From: Octopus vulgaris
Lineage: Eukaryota
Reading direction: 5' to 3'
Assembly (NCBI GenBank): GCA_951406725.2
Contig: OX597830.1
Coordinates: 75,950,001 to 76,014,000 of the forward strand
Length of the DNA stretch: 64,000 nucleotides
Position 1 is the first letter of the stretch. Every line of letters starts with the position of its first letter. A program made the position numbers and the translations under genes. This document shows, in pieces, positions 1 to 13,006 of this stretch. The notes below the pieces were generated by a model. It had not been told where the DNA came from. It searched no databases and was given only the letters and a program-made list of their open reading frames with translations.

Positions 1-110
1 CATTCTTTTGTGGGTGATATAAGAAATACCAGTTCAACAGTGGGGTCGAATTAATCGACTTCTCCACTCTCCACAAACTGCTGGCCTTGTGCCAGAATCT
101 GAAACCGATA
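1..110 (+). mobile_element. SINE family B, diverged 3' part (B2 tail)
   Basis: accagttcaacagtggggtcgaattaatcgac...ggccttgtgccagaatctgaaacc matches the 3' half of the B copies at 51977-52425. Confidence 0.7.
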
Positions 111-299
111 TTTTAACATTCGTGCACCAGCAAGCCTGCTGCTCTCGGCCTAGAAATAGTGACGAAAAAAGCTCTACCTGGACTTTCTTCTACTCTCCTA
201 CACCTGGACTTCTGCACTTCGGCTGCACTTCTCCTACCCATGGATTACACTGGAATCTTCCTTTGATGAGAAATCCCTCCAATACACCATGACATTTGA

Positions 300-535
300 C
301 CCTTTTGAACTTTTCTAAACCCTTTTTGTACTTTCTGCTGTTTCCTATTGTCGTTTCTCTCAATCCGTACTTGTCCTTGTTTACTTTTGTGTTCCTTTTT
401 GTCGAAGAGGCCTAGGCTCGAAACGTAAAAGACTTTCTCACTTCCCGAGCGTTAAACTAATACATCTGTTTGTTGTTTACAAACCCGTCATCGTCTTTTG
501 TTATTCTTTTTTTTTTTTTTTGCAAATTCTCACTA
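300..535 (+). mobile_element. Penelope-like element 3' end (pLTR) with degenerate hammerhead motif
   Basis: gtcgaagaggcctaggctcGAAACGTaaaagac at 401-433, then a pyrimidine-rich tail ending ttctcac-(TA)n; homologous to 16290-16400, 22750-22905 and 35767-35865. Confidence 0.65.
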
Positions 536-720
536 TATATGTGTGTGTGTGTTAATGTTTGTTTTTATGGTATAATGAAAGTAGTTTTTCATTAAATTGA
601 AGGATTAAGCAATAGGTCTGGTAGAGTACAATGTCCGATGATGGCTTAGCAGTGCGACTCTTCGATTCACTGTCAATACTATTCATCATAAAAATCATAC
701 ATGTATGTATTTATATGCCC

Positions 721-765
<45 letters not shown>

Positions 766-811
766 GATATAGATATGTGTATGAGTATACATTCGTATAT
801 TCATATATGCA

Positions 812-863
<52 letters not shown>

Positions 864-865
<2 letters not shown>

Positions 866-1214
866 ATATTAACTTAGAGATAAAACCACTATTAGGCAAA
901 TCAAACAGTGAAAAGCATAAGCCAATACATAAAATTAATTTTAAAATATAAAAGTTAAGAATAAAAAATTATTTAAATAATTTAAGCTTAAATAAATTTA
1001 TATATATATGTGTGTATGTATGTATATTTTTATATTTATATATTATTTTATTTATTAATTATTTATTTATTTATTTATTTATAAATATCAAAAGTATTAC
1101 AAGTTTAATAAAAGATAAACTTTTAATACTTTTGATATTTATAAAAAAATAAATAAATAAATAAATTAATTAATTAATTAATTAATTAATAAAATAATAT
1201 ATAAATATAAAAAT

Positions 1215-1248
<34 letters not shown>

Positions 1249-1360
1249 TTGTATATATATATATAAAATTCATAAGCTTAGATTATTTAAATAATTTTTT
1301 TATTTTTAACTTTTATATTTTTGATTTGCCTAATAGTGGTTTTATCTCTAATTTAATATA
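864..1360. repeat. Long AT-rich fold-back palindrome (~245 bp arms) flanked by (TA)n, probable PLE terminus
   Basis: ttagagataaaaccactattaggcaaatcaa (873-) is inverted at 1321-1351; the inner arms ataaatatcaaaagtatta / taatacttttgatatttat centre near 1112; a homologue lies at 55862-55916. Confidence 0.8.
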
Positions 1361-1425
1361 ATATAATATATTTATACTATAAAATTGGATTTAATGCTAA
1401 ATCTAATTTTTCCCTAATATTATTA

Positions 1426-1456
<31 letters not shown>

Positions 1457-1584
1457 ATATGCATGTATTCATATATATATATATAGATATATGTATTTAT
1501 GTGAGTATATATATATATATTTATATATCTGTATGTGTGTATGTTGTATGTGTGCATAACTGAATGCTTATGCATGATGATGTC

Positions 1585-2040
1585 AAACTGGCAGAATCGG
1601 TTAAACACGATATGCTTAACTTCTTCCAGCTCTTTGCACTGTGAGTTCAAATCCTTCCTAGTTAGACTTTGTTTTTCCTTCTTTCAAGTTCTATAAATTT
1701 AATACCGGTTGCATACTCATGTCGATTGTATTGACTAGGTTCTTCTGTCCAATTTCATTGCTACCTCACCAAAGACTAGTTCTCTGAGAATGTTAGTGAT
1801 GCATTCCTCTCAACTGTATCAGAAAATTCCGTTCTGCACCCCCCTCCCCCACGTAAATGTATACCACTAAGTGGCATTTCGTCCGTTTTTAAATTTTGAA
1901 ATCAAACACAGCAGAGGTCAACTTTGCATTTCATCCTTTCGGGATCGATAAAATGAGTACCAGTAGAGCATTGGGGTCGATGTAATCGACTTACTCTCTC
2001 CCGCAGAATTGTCGACCTTGTGCCAAACTTTGAAACCAAT
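1585..2040 (+). mobile_element. Two diverged SINE B copies (about 1585-1750 and 1865-2040)
   Basis: ctggcagaatcggttaaacac head; tttcatcctttcgggatcgataaaatgagtaccag core; ccttgtgccaaactttgaaacc tail. Confidence 0.75.
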
Positions 2041-2228
2041 TTTATCGTTATTAGCACATCATAAACCTTGTTTTGTCAGCAAATAACCTGTTCCACGATT
2101 AAACAAAGGAAAGAACACTGTATAAATAGACGTACAAGTAAAAGCACATTTTGCATGTGAGAGGTGTCGATCGTCTCATGTGACCAGTTATTTTAAGAGG
2201 TTTAGAATGTTTACAGCTTGAGAAAATA

Positions 2229-2603
2229 TCTATATATATAAAAGTGAAGTTGTGTGTCTGTCTCCTACGATTTAGATTCCTAACTACTCCCACATTTTGC
2301 GGTACAGTATAACCAAAAGCGGGTATCTTATAGTCGTGATTCATATCGAGCCCTTCTGGGTATTAGCGCGCGTCTACGATGAGTCTACGATTTAAAAAAA
2401 AAAATTACCATCAATTTTTCCTATTTTTAATGCCTTTTTAACTCTAAAAATTTATTAGTAAATCTCAGACCGTAAAAAGCTACAGTAACACCCTCCCCCT
2501 TGTGGTTAGCCATATTGAGATGGCTATTATACTTTACATCTCTAAAAATGCTTATATAGTTATTTCCCTTACAAACCCGAGCAACGCCGAGCGATACTGC
2601 TAG
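2229..2603 (+). mobile_element. Non-autonomous Helitron
   Basis: 5' TC(TA)nAAAA, 3' GC-rich subterminal cccgagcaacgccgagcgatactg then CTAG; inserted between A2228 and T2604 with no TSD; the 3' end is shared with 56272-56656. Confidence 0.8.
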
Positions 2604-2894
2604 TAAGAAATAAAATGAAGCTTTTATTGTTAATCTCAGCTCAAACTAGAGTCAGTAGACATAAGAAATACTTTCCAATTGTGACCAACACGCCTTGTTT
2701 TCAGAAATATCTTAACAAGGACTACATTATCTTATATGTCCTCTTTTAGTTTTTGTGTTCTTTAAGGTCTGATTTGAGAGAAATATGTCCGCGATTTCTG
2801 ACAAGTCGATAGATCATGTAGTTCGTACATTGCAATAACTCTGGGAAGTTGCAAACATTTCAAGTGGAACTTTATTTGTATTTTCGAACAAAGA

Positions 2895-3752
2895 GGCGCA
2901 GGAGTGGCTGTCTGGTAAGTAGCTTGCTTACCAACCACATGGTTCCGGGTTCAGTCCCACTAAGTGGCATCATGGGCAAGTGTCTCCTACTATAGCCTCG
3001 AGCCAACCAAAGCTTTGTGAGTGGATTTGGTAGACAGAAACTGAAAGAAGCCCTTCGTATATATGTATATAGTTAAGTTAAGTTAATTTTTTGGCTCAAA
3101 AAGCAAAAAGCAAGGCCATGTAGGGGGACATGGAGTTATGTACAGGGTGGTGTTCATGTAAAGAGTTCAGGCCACTTGAGGTCAAGGGAGACTTTGAACC
3201 GAGCGGTCGTCGGCATCTTCAACATCTCGTCTGGCAGCTTATTCCACGGATCCGCAACCCGGACGGAGAAAGCCCCTCTCCTTCGATTGAGATGAAATCG
3301 TCGCAGATAGAGCTTTTCGGAGTGACCCCGCAGCCGACGCCCTTGAGCAGGAGTGAAGAACAGCTCATTCAAGAGGTTACACTTTCCGCTTATGATGTTG
3401 TGAGCAAGAATGAGATCACCACGGCGTCGTCGTTTTTCTAGAGAATAAAGGTCGAGCGTCTTCAGCTTTTCTTCATAAGACAAATGCTTGAGACCAAGAA
3501 TCTACATATATATGTATGTGTGAGTATATGATTGTGTGTCTGTGTCCCCCCCCCCCCGCCACATCGCTTGACAGCCGATGCTGGTATGTTTACATCCCCG
3601 TAACTTAGCGGTTCGGCAACAAAACCCGATAGAATAAGTACTAGGCTTACAAAGAATAAGTCCTGGTTTCGATTCGCTCGACTAAAAAGACAGTGCTCCA
3701 GCATGGCTGCAATCAAATGACTGAAACAAGTAACAGAGTAAAGAGTAAGAGT
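2895..3752 (+). mobile_element. SINE family A (tRNA-derived, internal microsatellite), split by a CR1 fragment
   Basis: head ggcgcaggagtggctgtctggtaag..ggttcagtccc (A/B-box-like), gggcaagtgtc CORE-like motif, tail gtgctccagcatggctgcaatcaaatgactgaaac-(aagagta)n. Confidence 0.9.
3072..3501 (-). pseudogene. 5'-truncated CR1-clade LINE, ORF2 C-terminus plus 3' UTR
   Basis: LSYEEKLKTLDLYSLEKRRRRGDLI...LRGHSEKL...FSVRVADPWNKLP is the typical CR1 ORF2 end; (TTAAC)n tail; sits in the (TA)n of SINE A. Confidence 0.9.
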
Positions 3753-4449
3753 AAAGAAGTTTGAAAATAAAATTAAAATCTGGTGAAATTTGAACTTGCA
3801 ACGTTAAAAAACAAGCTAATAGATTTCGTAGTAGTGCATGTAGTCAAATAATTTTCTCAAACTTTAGGACTCATAAGATTGCTTCCTCGGATTTCATGGG
3901 ATATAAGTGACCGAGGTCACAACATTCCTTTTGAATGGAACTCCAATCTATTGGAGTGTACAAGGATAGCTAACAAAGGAGGGTAAGGCGAGTACATTGG
4001 CCGCAGTACTTTATTTTATCGAACCCCAAACCAACATAAAGGGCAAAATTGACATCGGTGGGATTTGAACTCAGAAGGTAAAAAGTCAGAAGAAATTTCG
4101 CTAAGCATTTCGCTACACTCTCTAAAAATTCTGCAAGCTTGTTTTCCTATGTAGTCAATTTGAGAAGATTAAAGAAACCTCAGGCAATATTTGCAACATT
4201 ATTTTATCTGCTACATATAGACGGTGAGTTGGCAGAATGGTTAGCATGTTGTAAAACGCTGAGCGGCATATCTTCGGCTCATTATATCTGAAGTTCAAGT
4301 TCCGGTGAAGTTACTTTGTCATTTTTTGGGTTTTTTTTTTTTTTTTTGCTTTTGTGGTCGATTAAATAAAGTGGCATTGAAGTCGATATAATCGATGAGC
4401 CTCTTCAAAATTTCAAGCCTAGAACCTATTTATTATTGTTTTTTTCCTT

Positions 4450-4850
4450 TTTTACTTGTTTCAGTCATGTATACTGCGGCCATGCTGGGGCGCCGCCTTG
4501 ATGAATTTTACTCCAACGCTTCGAGTCCAGTACTTGTTTCTTAGATACTGGTACATATGCTATCAGTCTCTTTTTCCAAACTGCTGTTACGGGGATTTAA
4601 GCGCACCAACACCGGTTTTCAACGGTGGTGGGACACACATACACTCACACACACTCGTAAACACATACACACACACATACACATATATACTAGAAGCTTC
4701 TATCAGTTTCCGTCCCCAAATCCACCTACAAGGCTTTGGTCGGCCTGAGTCTATAGTAGACGACACATGACCAAAATGCCACGCAGTGGGACTGAACTCG
4801 GAAACATGTGGTCGAAAAGCAAACTTCTTACCACACATCTACTCCTGAGC
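4450..4850 (-). mobile_element. SINE family A, diverged
   Basis: ttgtttcagtca..cggccatgctggg..gccacgcagtgggactgaac. Confidence 0.8.
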
Positions 4851-5679
4851 CTGAGCCTGAGATTCGATTAAAAACAATTATATCCAATATATAAAGAAGA
4901 AACGCAGTGTCTCAGTTTAAGCAGGAATTGAACTCAGATCCTTCAGGCATATAAGTGAATAATACCATAAAGTGATGCATTTATTTCGCTGTCGATCTAC
5001 AGATTTTACCAATCCAAACACACGCCCTTTTCTGCAAGCCAGTTCATACATAACCAATCAGTTTTATTTCTGTTTAGCCTTCACCAGTGGAAACTTTTGG
5101 CTCGTTATCATCCATCTGCCCACTTTGCAATGCATAATCTATAATAATTTGCAGAAATTCCTCATTAAACATCGCTTCTCTTGACAGTGGGATTCTTTAA
5201 GCCAGTGAAATGGCTAGAAAGACATTAAAGTGATCAACAAAACGGTACACGAACAATGAACTGGCTACGATATTCCAACACCCATTCTTCATAGCGTATT
5301 AAGCGTGGGGTGGGTGTGGTACAGAGTTTGTATAAACGGTGAGGTACAGAGTTTGTGTGAGTGTGTTGTGCGGGGAGTGGTGCCGGTGAGTGCTACGGTT
5401 GTGGTGTGATGTATAATGTGGTGCACGGCTAATATTTTGATAAATAGTTGTTGGTTTAAGACATTTATCAAAAAGTGTTTTGGCGGAAGAGAGACAGAAA
5501 CAATATGAAATGAGCGACTGTTTGCACGAAAGCTGGTTAAATAAGTAAAGAGATTACTACACACACACACACCGCATAGACAGACAGACATACACACACA
5601 CATACACGCGCACACACAGACACACACACATACACGCAAACAAACACAAACACACACATACATTTACGCACACTTATAT

Positions 5680-5719
<40 letters not shown>

Positions 5720-5829
5720 TGTATATGTATTATACGCAGTACGTACAACACAACTTATATATGTGTGTAATATAACATAGATAGTTATTATATAATATCT
5801 ATAATTATGTTATATAATGAACACACGCA

Positions 5830-5897
<68 letters not shown>

Positions 5898-6327
5898 CTA
5901 TTTTTATTTGTTCACTACTCCCAGGCCATGATGGAGCACTGCTTTGAAGCGTTTAGTTGAACGAATGAACATATATATATATATGTGTATATATATATGT
6001 ATATATATATATATATATATTTATAATATGTTATATTATTTATTGATATATAGGTGGATTATGCATTTGTAATACTAAATTGAAGTTAATTAGGTATTAT
6101 ATTATATGATATTTAGTCAATTTTGTTATAGATTGTTATATTAAATCTATAGATACTACACATGTATATTTATTATATGGTCAGCTTATGTAAGGAGTTT
6201 GTCTATATTTGAAACATTTCTTATTTTGATGACTTGTAATAGCTTTGTGTATTTTATTACAATTTTAAAGTATTTAATTATTGAAGTATTATTTTATTTT
6301 TCACTTACGTATATTTAGAATTTTCAT

Positions 6328-6470
6328 ATAAACTTAGATAAACTTAAATATGTTTCGACCAAAGATTGGTCCAGGCCATGTCTAACTTAATAGCACCACC
6401 TGATAGGATTATTCGAATCCTGTTTAAGTCAAGTTTTGTTCAAGTAGTGAGTTGTTGTTGGGTGAGTTGT

Positions 6471-6471
<1 letters not shown>
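6328..6471 (-). mobile_element. 3' end of a CR1-group LINE (same family as 54018-54603)
   Basis: minus strand reads YNSPNNNSLLE, then ggtggtgct..catggcctggaccaatctttggtcgaaac and a (tatctaagtt)-type tail; aligns with 54046-54195. Confidence 0.75.
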
Positions 6472-6516
<45 letters not shown>

Positions 6517-7141
6517 TAAGGTATATTTATTAATTAATTATTTTATTGTTCTTTCTACTAGCTTTGCTACCTGCCGTCTTATTATTCCTGATCTATGTTC
6601 AAAGCGGTGTCAGTGACACAGCACTATTCAATTGTATGTCTGTATAACTATTTTCTTCGTATATTTGTTCATTTGTTCGGATTACTTCCGTTGTTTATAT
6701 TCATTGTATACAACACATCTATGTAATCTAGAAAAATAGGCACCTAATTATTATTATTATTATTATTATGATTATTAAAAATCATTCTATGGCTTTCGGT
6801 TGCTCACCAAGTGCGCTTGTGATGTGTAGATGTCAGCTTCCGAAAGTGATTAAAGCATATCTTTCTTAAATTGAATTCTCAACGTACATTGTTACTATCA
6901 AATATAGGTAGACTGTAAACGATTCGGAGAATATTTCTTGACGAGTTTCTTTTTATTTTTTATTTTATTTTTTATATGGATGAATTTAGTTTCGGTAATT
7001 GAGCAAACTTATGATCAAAGACGTTCTGGCACTGACCATCCTGTATTTATTCCGATCGGGTATCTAGGATCGCATTTTCTTATGTGTCCTTTTTTAAAAC
7101 AAGAAAGGCTCCAGTAATATTTGGCTGTTCTAATGCAAGAC

Positions 7142-7773
7142 CATTGGCATACCTACACGAGTGTGTGTATGCGTGTCTCTTCACTTTGTTTCCTCATAAC
7201 TTCCAGAAAAATGAATATTTTTTGGTGCAATTTTTTTACAAATATGCTTCAGATGGTGCAGATTATTATAATATTAGAATTTGTGAAATTTGTGAGATCG
7301 GAATTCGTGAAAATCCACAAATGTTGGCTTTGTTTCCTCATAAGAAAACTGGGTACTTTTAATATGAAATTTTCTACAAATATTTTTCAGATGGTATATC
7401 GGAATTTAATATGAATAAAAAAAAATGGTGAGCTCTCACACATACATTCGGTGTACATATGTGTGCAAGCCTACTAATTTTTTTTTTTTTTTCGTTTTAA
7501 ATTCCGATTTAATTGTAATAAACATAATGTGAAAGGTATTTACAGAAAATTTCATTAAAAAATATCCATTTTGGGGAAAAGTTTTGAGGAAACAAAGCGA
7601 ACACGAATGAATTTTCAAAAACCTCTCTCTCCCACCCTCGAAAATCTTTTCTCACAACAAAGTCGTTATAACTGGAATCTACATCATCTGTAGTATATTT
7701 GTGGAAAATTTTATTAAAATATACCTATTTTTCTGGATGTTATGAGGGGCACACTCGTGTAATTATGCCAGAG
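7142..7773. mobile_element. MITE/foldback-like DNA element with long nested inverted repeats
   Basis: TIR tggcatacctacacgagtgtg (7145) / cacactcgtgtaattatgcca (7750-7770); inverted subrepeats 7190-7265 vs 7676-7748 and 7310-7410 vs 7497-7617; no TSD seen. Confidence 0.7.
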
Positions 7774-8161
7774 CATTTTAAAATGTGCTAAAAACATAAT
7801 AAAAAATAGAGGGACTAGGTAAAAAGAAAAAAAATCTATTCTTAAACACAAAAGTGCTTATTCAAATGAATTTAGAGCGAAATTATACACAATTCAAGCA
7901 AACTAAAAATTGACAACATCTGCAGCACTTAATAGGAGGAGAGGTTCATTAAGTTCAGTTACTGTAAGAATCTGTTTCAGGCTCTCTTTTTTTTTTTTGA
8001 ATGATGTATCTTTGTAAATTGGACGGCAAAATGGATACAATACAAAGTGGTCAGTGTATTCATGACCAGACTTTCAAATGACCAAGTACATTTTGCTATT
8101 TCAGTTAAGTTACTGTTAACATAATTAAACATCTCATTTATAAATTACTTGAGTTGTTTTT

Positions 8162-8546
8162 ACGTGCCGGTTGCATGTAAAAAGCACCTTTCTAGCATTG
8201 GGCCTCGCGGAGGCAAAGTGGCCAATGCCAGTGGCACCTGGAAAGCTCTTTTCAAGTGTTGGGCCTCCCAGATGCAATGACCGATACCTTTGGCATTATG
8301 TTGTGCTTGATAAGACCCATCAAGCCAGGTAAAATTGCAGCTGTGGCAGATAATGGTACCTATGCTGGTGGTACTTAAAAAGCACCCATTACACTCTCAG
8401 AGTGGTTGGTGTTAGGAAAGGAATCCTGCCATACAAACCATGCCAAGTCAAACTGGGGTCTGGTGCTGCCTTCCAGTGCCGGCCCTTGTCCAACAGTCCA
8501 ACCGATGCTAGCATAGACAATGGACACTAAATGATGGTGATGATGT
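8162..8546 (+). mobile_element. RTE-related non-autonomous retroelement, diverged
   Basis: gtggttggtgttaggaaaggaatcc motif and tail ccgatgctagcatagacaatggacactaaa-(tga)n; second copy at 9430-9755. Confidence 0.55.
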
Positions 8547-8961
8547 TATCAGGGTTTTGTTACAATGCTAAACTGTACTGTATCCTTATATATGATATCT
8601 TCGTGAACAGAAAAATAGGGTTTAGTCAAGCTGTTTCAATCTTGTATTTCATCAGCTCATAAATTAACTCTTTAAATACTTCAAGGTGGTGCTCCAGTAT
8701 GGCTGAAACAAATAAAAGAATACGGACAGAGTGGTGTTACACAAACAAATGTAATTAAATGCTCACACACATAAACAGAGAGAGGTAGAGACATTGCAAT
8801 TTATTAATTGAACATAAACGACAGAACATTTTCCTTCACTCATACACATAAATAAAAATATGCTCACACATCAACAGAGAGAGCGCCCAAACAAGAGATG
8901 TCAAATAAATCAGTGGTAAATCAGCAATGCCAAATAAGCAGTGCCAAAATGTTTCCTATCC

Positions 8962-9380
8962 TTTGCAGTGTCAGCAATTGTCTGGAGCTGAAGTATTTTG
9001 TCTGACTCTGGAGAGAAGGACCAATTTTTGAGACGTAGTCCTAGCTATGTTAAGGATGTGTTTTCACCTGGCTCTTGGTGATAGTGAAACCTAACATTTG
9101 AATTGGCTATGAGGGCTCTAGTTAAGTGCTGCTCATGCTTAAGAAGTGAGGTGCTTGCGAATTTTTGCTGTTGGAAGAGACAAGATTGGTATGGTCTACT
9201 GGCAGGGACTTTCAAGTCCTCTTCTTAAAATCAGTACTAATTTGACATGTTGCACCTGGATTGCATGGGGATATGTGGTTAAGAATGGTTAGGATAGAGT
9301 GAAAAGCTGTATCATCTACATAAGAATGCATATTGTTGGATATGATGACAAGAAGGTTATTTATATTTATAAGTAGGTAT
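8962..9380 (-). pseudogene. Decayed LINE reverse transcriptase fragment (CR1/L2-group)
   Basis: LLININNLLVIISNNMHSYVDDTAFHS (YADD-equivalent), later KHILNIARTTSQKLVLLSRVR..YFSSRQLLTL across frameshifts. Confidence 0.7.
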
Positions 9381-9429
9381 TTATATGTTACGTTCCAACC
9401 TCTCATCACCTAGCACAAGGTCACCTCCT

Positions 9430-9755
9430 CCAATGTCGCCTCTCTCCGTCTCGAAGGATCTTTGTTTTGCAAGTTACTTGGTGACCCTCCCAGTGCCGGT
9501 TCATCTAGCCCACTCTGTAAAGTGATTGGTGTTTAGAAGAGTGTCCAGCTGTAAAACCCATGCCAAAACAGGCCTTGCTGATGCTGGTGCTACATAAAAA
9601 GCATTCAGTCCACTATGTGAGGTGGTTGATGTTAGGAAGGACATCCAGCTGTAAAAACAATGCTAAAGTAGATAGTGAAGTCAGATGCAGTCTTCTGTCT
9701 AACCAACCCCTGTCAAACCATCCATCCCATGTTAGCATGGAAAATGAATGAAAAT
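9430..9755 (+). mobile_element. RTE-related non-autonomous retroelement with internal duplication
   Basis: two copies of a gttaggaaggacatccagctgtaaaa-like motif, then catcccatgttagcatggaaaatg tail. Confidence 0.55.
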
Positions 9756-9759
9756 GGAA

Positions 9760-10150
9760 GGCGCAGGGGTGGCTGTGTGGTAAGTAGCTTGCTTACCAAC
9801 AACATGGCTCCGGATTCAGTCCCACTGCGTGGCACCTTAGGCAAGTGTCTTCTACTATAGCCCCGGGCCGACCAAAGCCTTGTGAGTGGATTTCATAGAC
9901 GGAAGCTGAAAGAAGCCCATTATATATATGTATATATATGTGTGTGTGTGTGTGTTTGTCCCCCCAACATCGCGTGTGTTTACATCCCCATAACTTAGCG
10001 GTTTAGCAAAAGAAACCGATGGAATAAGTACTAGGCTTACAAAGAGTAAGTCCTGGGGTCGATTTGCTCCACTAAAGGCGGTGCTCCAGCATGGCCGCAG
10101 TCAAATGACTGAAACAAGTAAGAGTAGTAAAAGAGAGAAATAAAAGAGAG
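9760..10150 (+). mobile_element. SINE family A, full length
   Basis: complete head, (TA)(TG)n core, and tail aaggcggtgctccagcatggccgcagtcaaatgactgaaac. Confidence 0.92.
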
Positions 10151-10351
10151 TGATGAGCGCCTATATTTATATGCAAGTGATTTCTCTACTACTATAATCA
10201 TTTCTTAAATATAGCAGCGAAACACGTGTCGTTTTTCTACCTATTATATACCTTATATTATTTTTGTAATTTACTTAATCTTTACTTTTTAATTGTTATT
10301 TTTATTTTAACTCTTCTATTATATGGAATTTTCTAGATGATGTAATTTAAT

Positions 10352-10585
10352 TACTCTCTTTTACTCTTGTACTTGTTTCAGTCATTTGACTGCGGCCATG
10401 CTGGAACACCGCCTTTAGTCGAGCAAATCGACCCCGGGACTTATTCTTTGTAAGCCCAGTACTTATTCTATCGCTCTCTTTTGCCGAACCGCTAAGTGAC
10501 GGGGACGTAAACACACCAGCATCTGTTGTCAAGCAATGCTAGGGGGACAAACACAGACACACAAACACACACACACACACACACA
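10352..10585 (-). mobile_element. SINE family A, 3' half
   Basis: reverse complement of the tail through to (CA)n. Confidence 0.9.
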
Positions 10586-10806
10586 GCTGGCAGAAACGTT
10601 AGCACGCCGGGCGAAATGCGTAGCCGTATTTCGTCTGTCGTTACGTTCCGAGTTCAAATTCCGCCGAGGTCGACTTTGCCTTTCATCCTTTCGGGGTCGA
10701 TAAATTAAGTACCAGTTACGCACTGGGATCGATATAATCGACTTAATCCGTTTGTCTGTCCTTGTTTGTCCCCTCTATGTTTAGCCCCTTCTGGGTAGTA
10801 AAGAAA
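10586..10806 (+). mobile_element. SINE family B (B1 tail), abutting the microsatellite of a SINE A
   Basis: gctggcagaaacgttagcacgccgggcg..gagttcaaattccgccgaggtcgactttgcctttcatcctttcggggtcgataaattaagtaccag..gtagtaaagaaata. Confidence 0.92.
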
Positions 10807-11274
10807 TATATATATATATATATTCTGCATATATTTAGATATATAGACTCAAACAAGATACACGAAACACAATATATATATGTTATTACGTTGCCAAATT
10901 CACTCATTCAGGCATTTTATTCTAAATATTCACGTATATGTTTGTTAGGTTAAAATGTTATCATTTTTGCGTGTTAGATCAGCTTAGATTCCTCGAGAAA
11001 TTGCAAGTCCCTAAAGTAGAGACTTCATATAACCCACTCTTTTTTAATATCATTTCCAACGAAATTTTATTAAGTTTGGGGTCACTGTTGAAGATGACGC
11101 GCAATATATGTAGAAATCACGTGAGCCAGTATTTCTACAGTTAATGCCGACATTTTTTATCTGCTAATATATCCTGTGCATGCATGCATACATACATGCA
11201 TGCCCACATACATACATACATACATACATACATACATACATACATACATACATACATACATACATACAGAAAAA

Positions 11275-11612
11275 GGGTAAAGATCCCTTTCAATTATGAC
11301 TGACCATGGGATTGGACCTAGAAAGTTCCCCTCCGTGGCACAAGTCCGGGCAGTTTTGTTTATGGAAGACAAGTAGTCGCCAATGCATACCGGCCTCCTC
11401 TTTCAACACCACCGATGTTGTCCATGGAAAAGGCAAAGGCCGATACAGCTTGGTACCAGTGATGTTGCGACTCATTTCAAAAGCTGACTTAACTGGAGCA
11501 ACGTGAAATAAAGTGTCTTGCTCAAGAACACAACACGCAGCCCAGTCCGGGAATCGAGATCACTACTTTGATGATTGTAAGCCTGATGCTCTTTCAACTG
11601 AGTCATATGCCG
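11275..11612 (-). mobile_element. SINE family E (tRNA head with CORE/V-like centre)
   Basis: minus strand: ggcatatgactcagttgaaagagc..tctcgattcccggactgggctgcgtgttgtgttcttgagcaagacactt; partial copy at 54820-54997. Confidence 0.75.
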
Positions 11613-11686
11613 TCACCTACATGAATACATACATACACACACACATACACACATGAATCCACACATATATATGCATGCATACACAC

Positions 11687-11740
<54 letters not shown>

Positions 11741-11801
11741 ACACACGCAATACATTCACATACATACGTAAACACACACAGACATACATACATACATGCA
11801 T

Positions 11802-12023
11802 TTCTTGATTGCCCACATAGGGCTAAACATAGAGGCACAAACAAGGACAAAGGAATTAAGTCGATTATATCGATCCCAGTGCGTAACTGGTACTTATTTA
11901 ATCGACCCCGAAAGGATGAAAGGCAAAGTCGACCTCGGCGGAATTTGATCTCAGAACGTAGCGGCAGACAAAATACCGCTAAATATTTCGCCCGGCGTGC
12001 TAACGTTTCTGCCAGCTCGCCGC
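11802..12023 (-). mobile_element. SINE family B
   Basis: near-identical to 10586-10806 in reverse orientation. Confidence 0.9.
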
Positions 12024-12326
12024 TTTATACATACATATATATATATACATACACACATATATGTAGTTGGGAAACAAACTTCTCACCACACAACTAATGC
12101 GATTCAGATAGACAATACGGGGCTTCCAAGAAGTTTCACATGCCAGAAATATCAGCTTGCTAGAAATATATCCCCATTACAATATCCCCTTAAATAACAC
12201 CTTTGGGTCTTATACTTGAGCAAAGTGCATATTCTTGTCTTTGTTACGCAGTTTACAGAAAATATGATGGGTCGGTAATGATTTGAAAATGTCTTCAGTC
12301 ATCATCGTCATCATCATTAACAACAG

Positions 12327-12365
<39 letters not shown>

Positions 12366-12605
12366 CTAGTTTGTATATGTGCCAAATCGTGGTCCACAAA
12401 TAATCCAATCATGATCCTCGAAAGGGTAGAAAAGTAAAAGAGATCACAGTATAATATATAATCAATCATTCACTGGCAGATATTTATATGTCTGGACATG
12501 TTTATAGGGTTCGTGTACGTATGTATGCATGTATGTATATACTTATATTTATACACACACACACAAGCACACACAAACATATACACACATACATACATAT
12601 ATGTA

Positions 12606-12803
12606 TTCTTTTACTCTTTTACTCTTTGACTTGTTTCAGTCATTTGACTGCGGCCATGCTGGAGCACCGCCTTTAGTCGAGCAAATCGACCCCGGGACTT
12701 ATTCTTTGTAAGCCCAGTACTTATTCTATCGGTCTCTTTTTGCCGAACGTAAACACACCAGCATCGGTTGTCAAGCAATGCGAAGGGGACAAACACAGAC
12801 ACA

Positions 12804-12847
<44 letters not shown>

Positions 12848-13006
12848 CGACGGGCTTCTTTTCAGTTTCCGTCTACCAAATCCACTCACAAGGCATTGGT
12901 CGGCCCGGGGCTTTAGCAGAAGACACTTGCCCAAGATGTCACGCAGTGGGACTGAACCCGCAACCATGTGGTTGGTTAGCAAGCTACTTACCACACAGCC
13001 ACTCCT
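12606..13006 (-). mobile_element. SINE family A, full length
   Basis: tail, microsatellite and head all present. Confidence 0.92.

Noticed and set aside
3154-3483. Intact host CDS
   Set aside because: It is the truncated CR1 ORF2 end nested inside a SINE.
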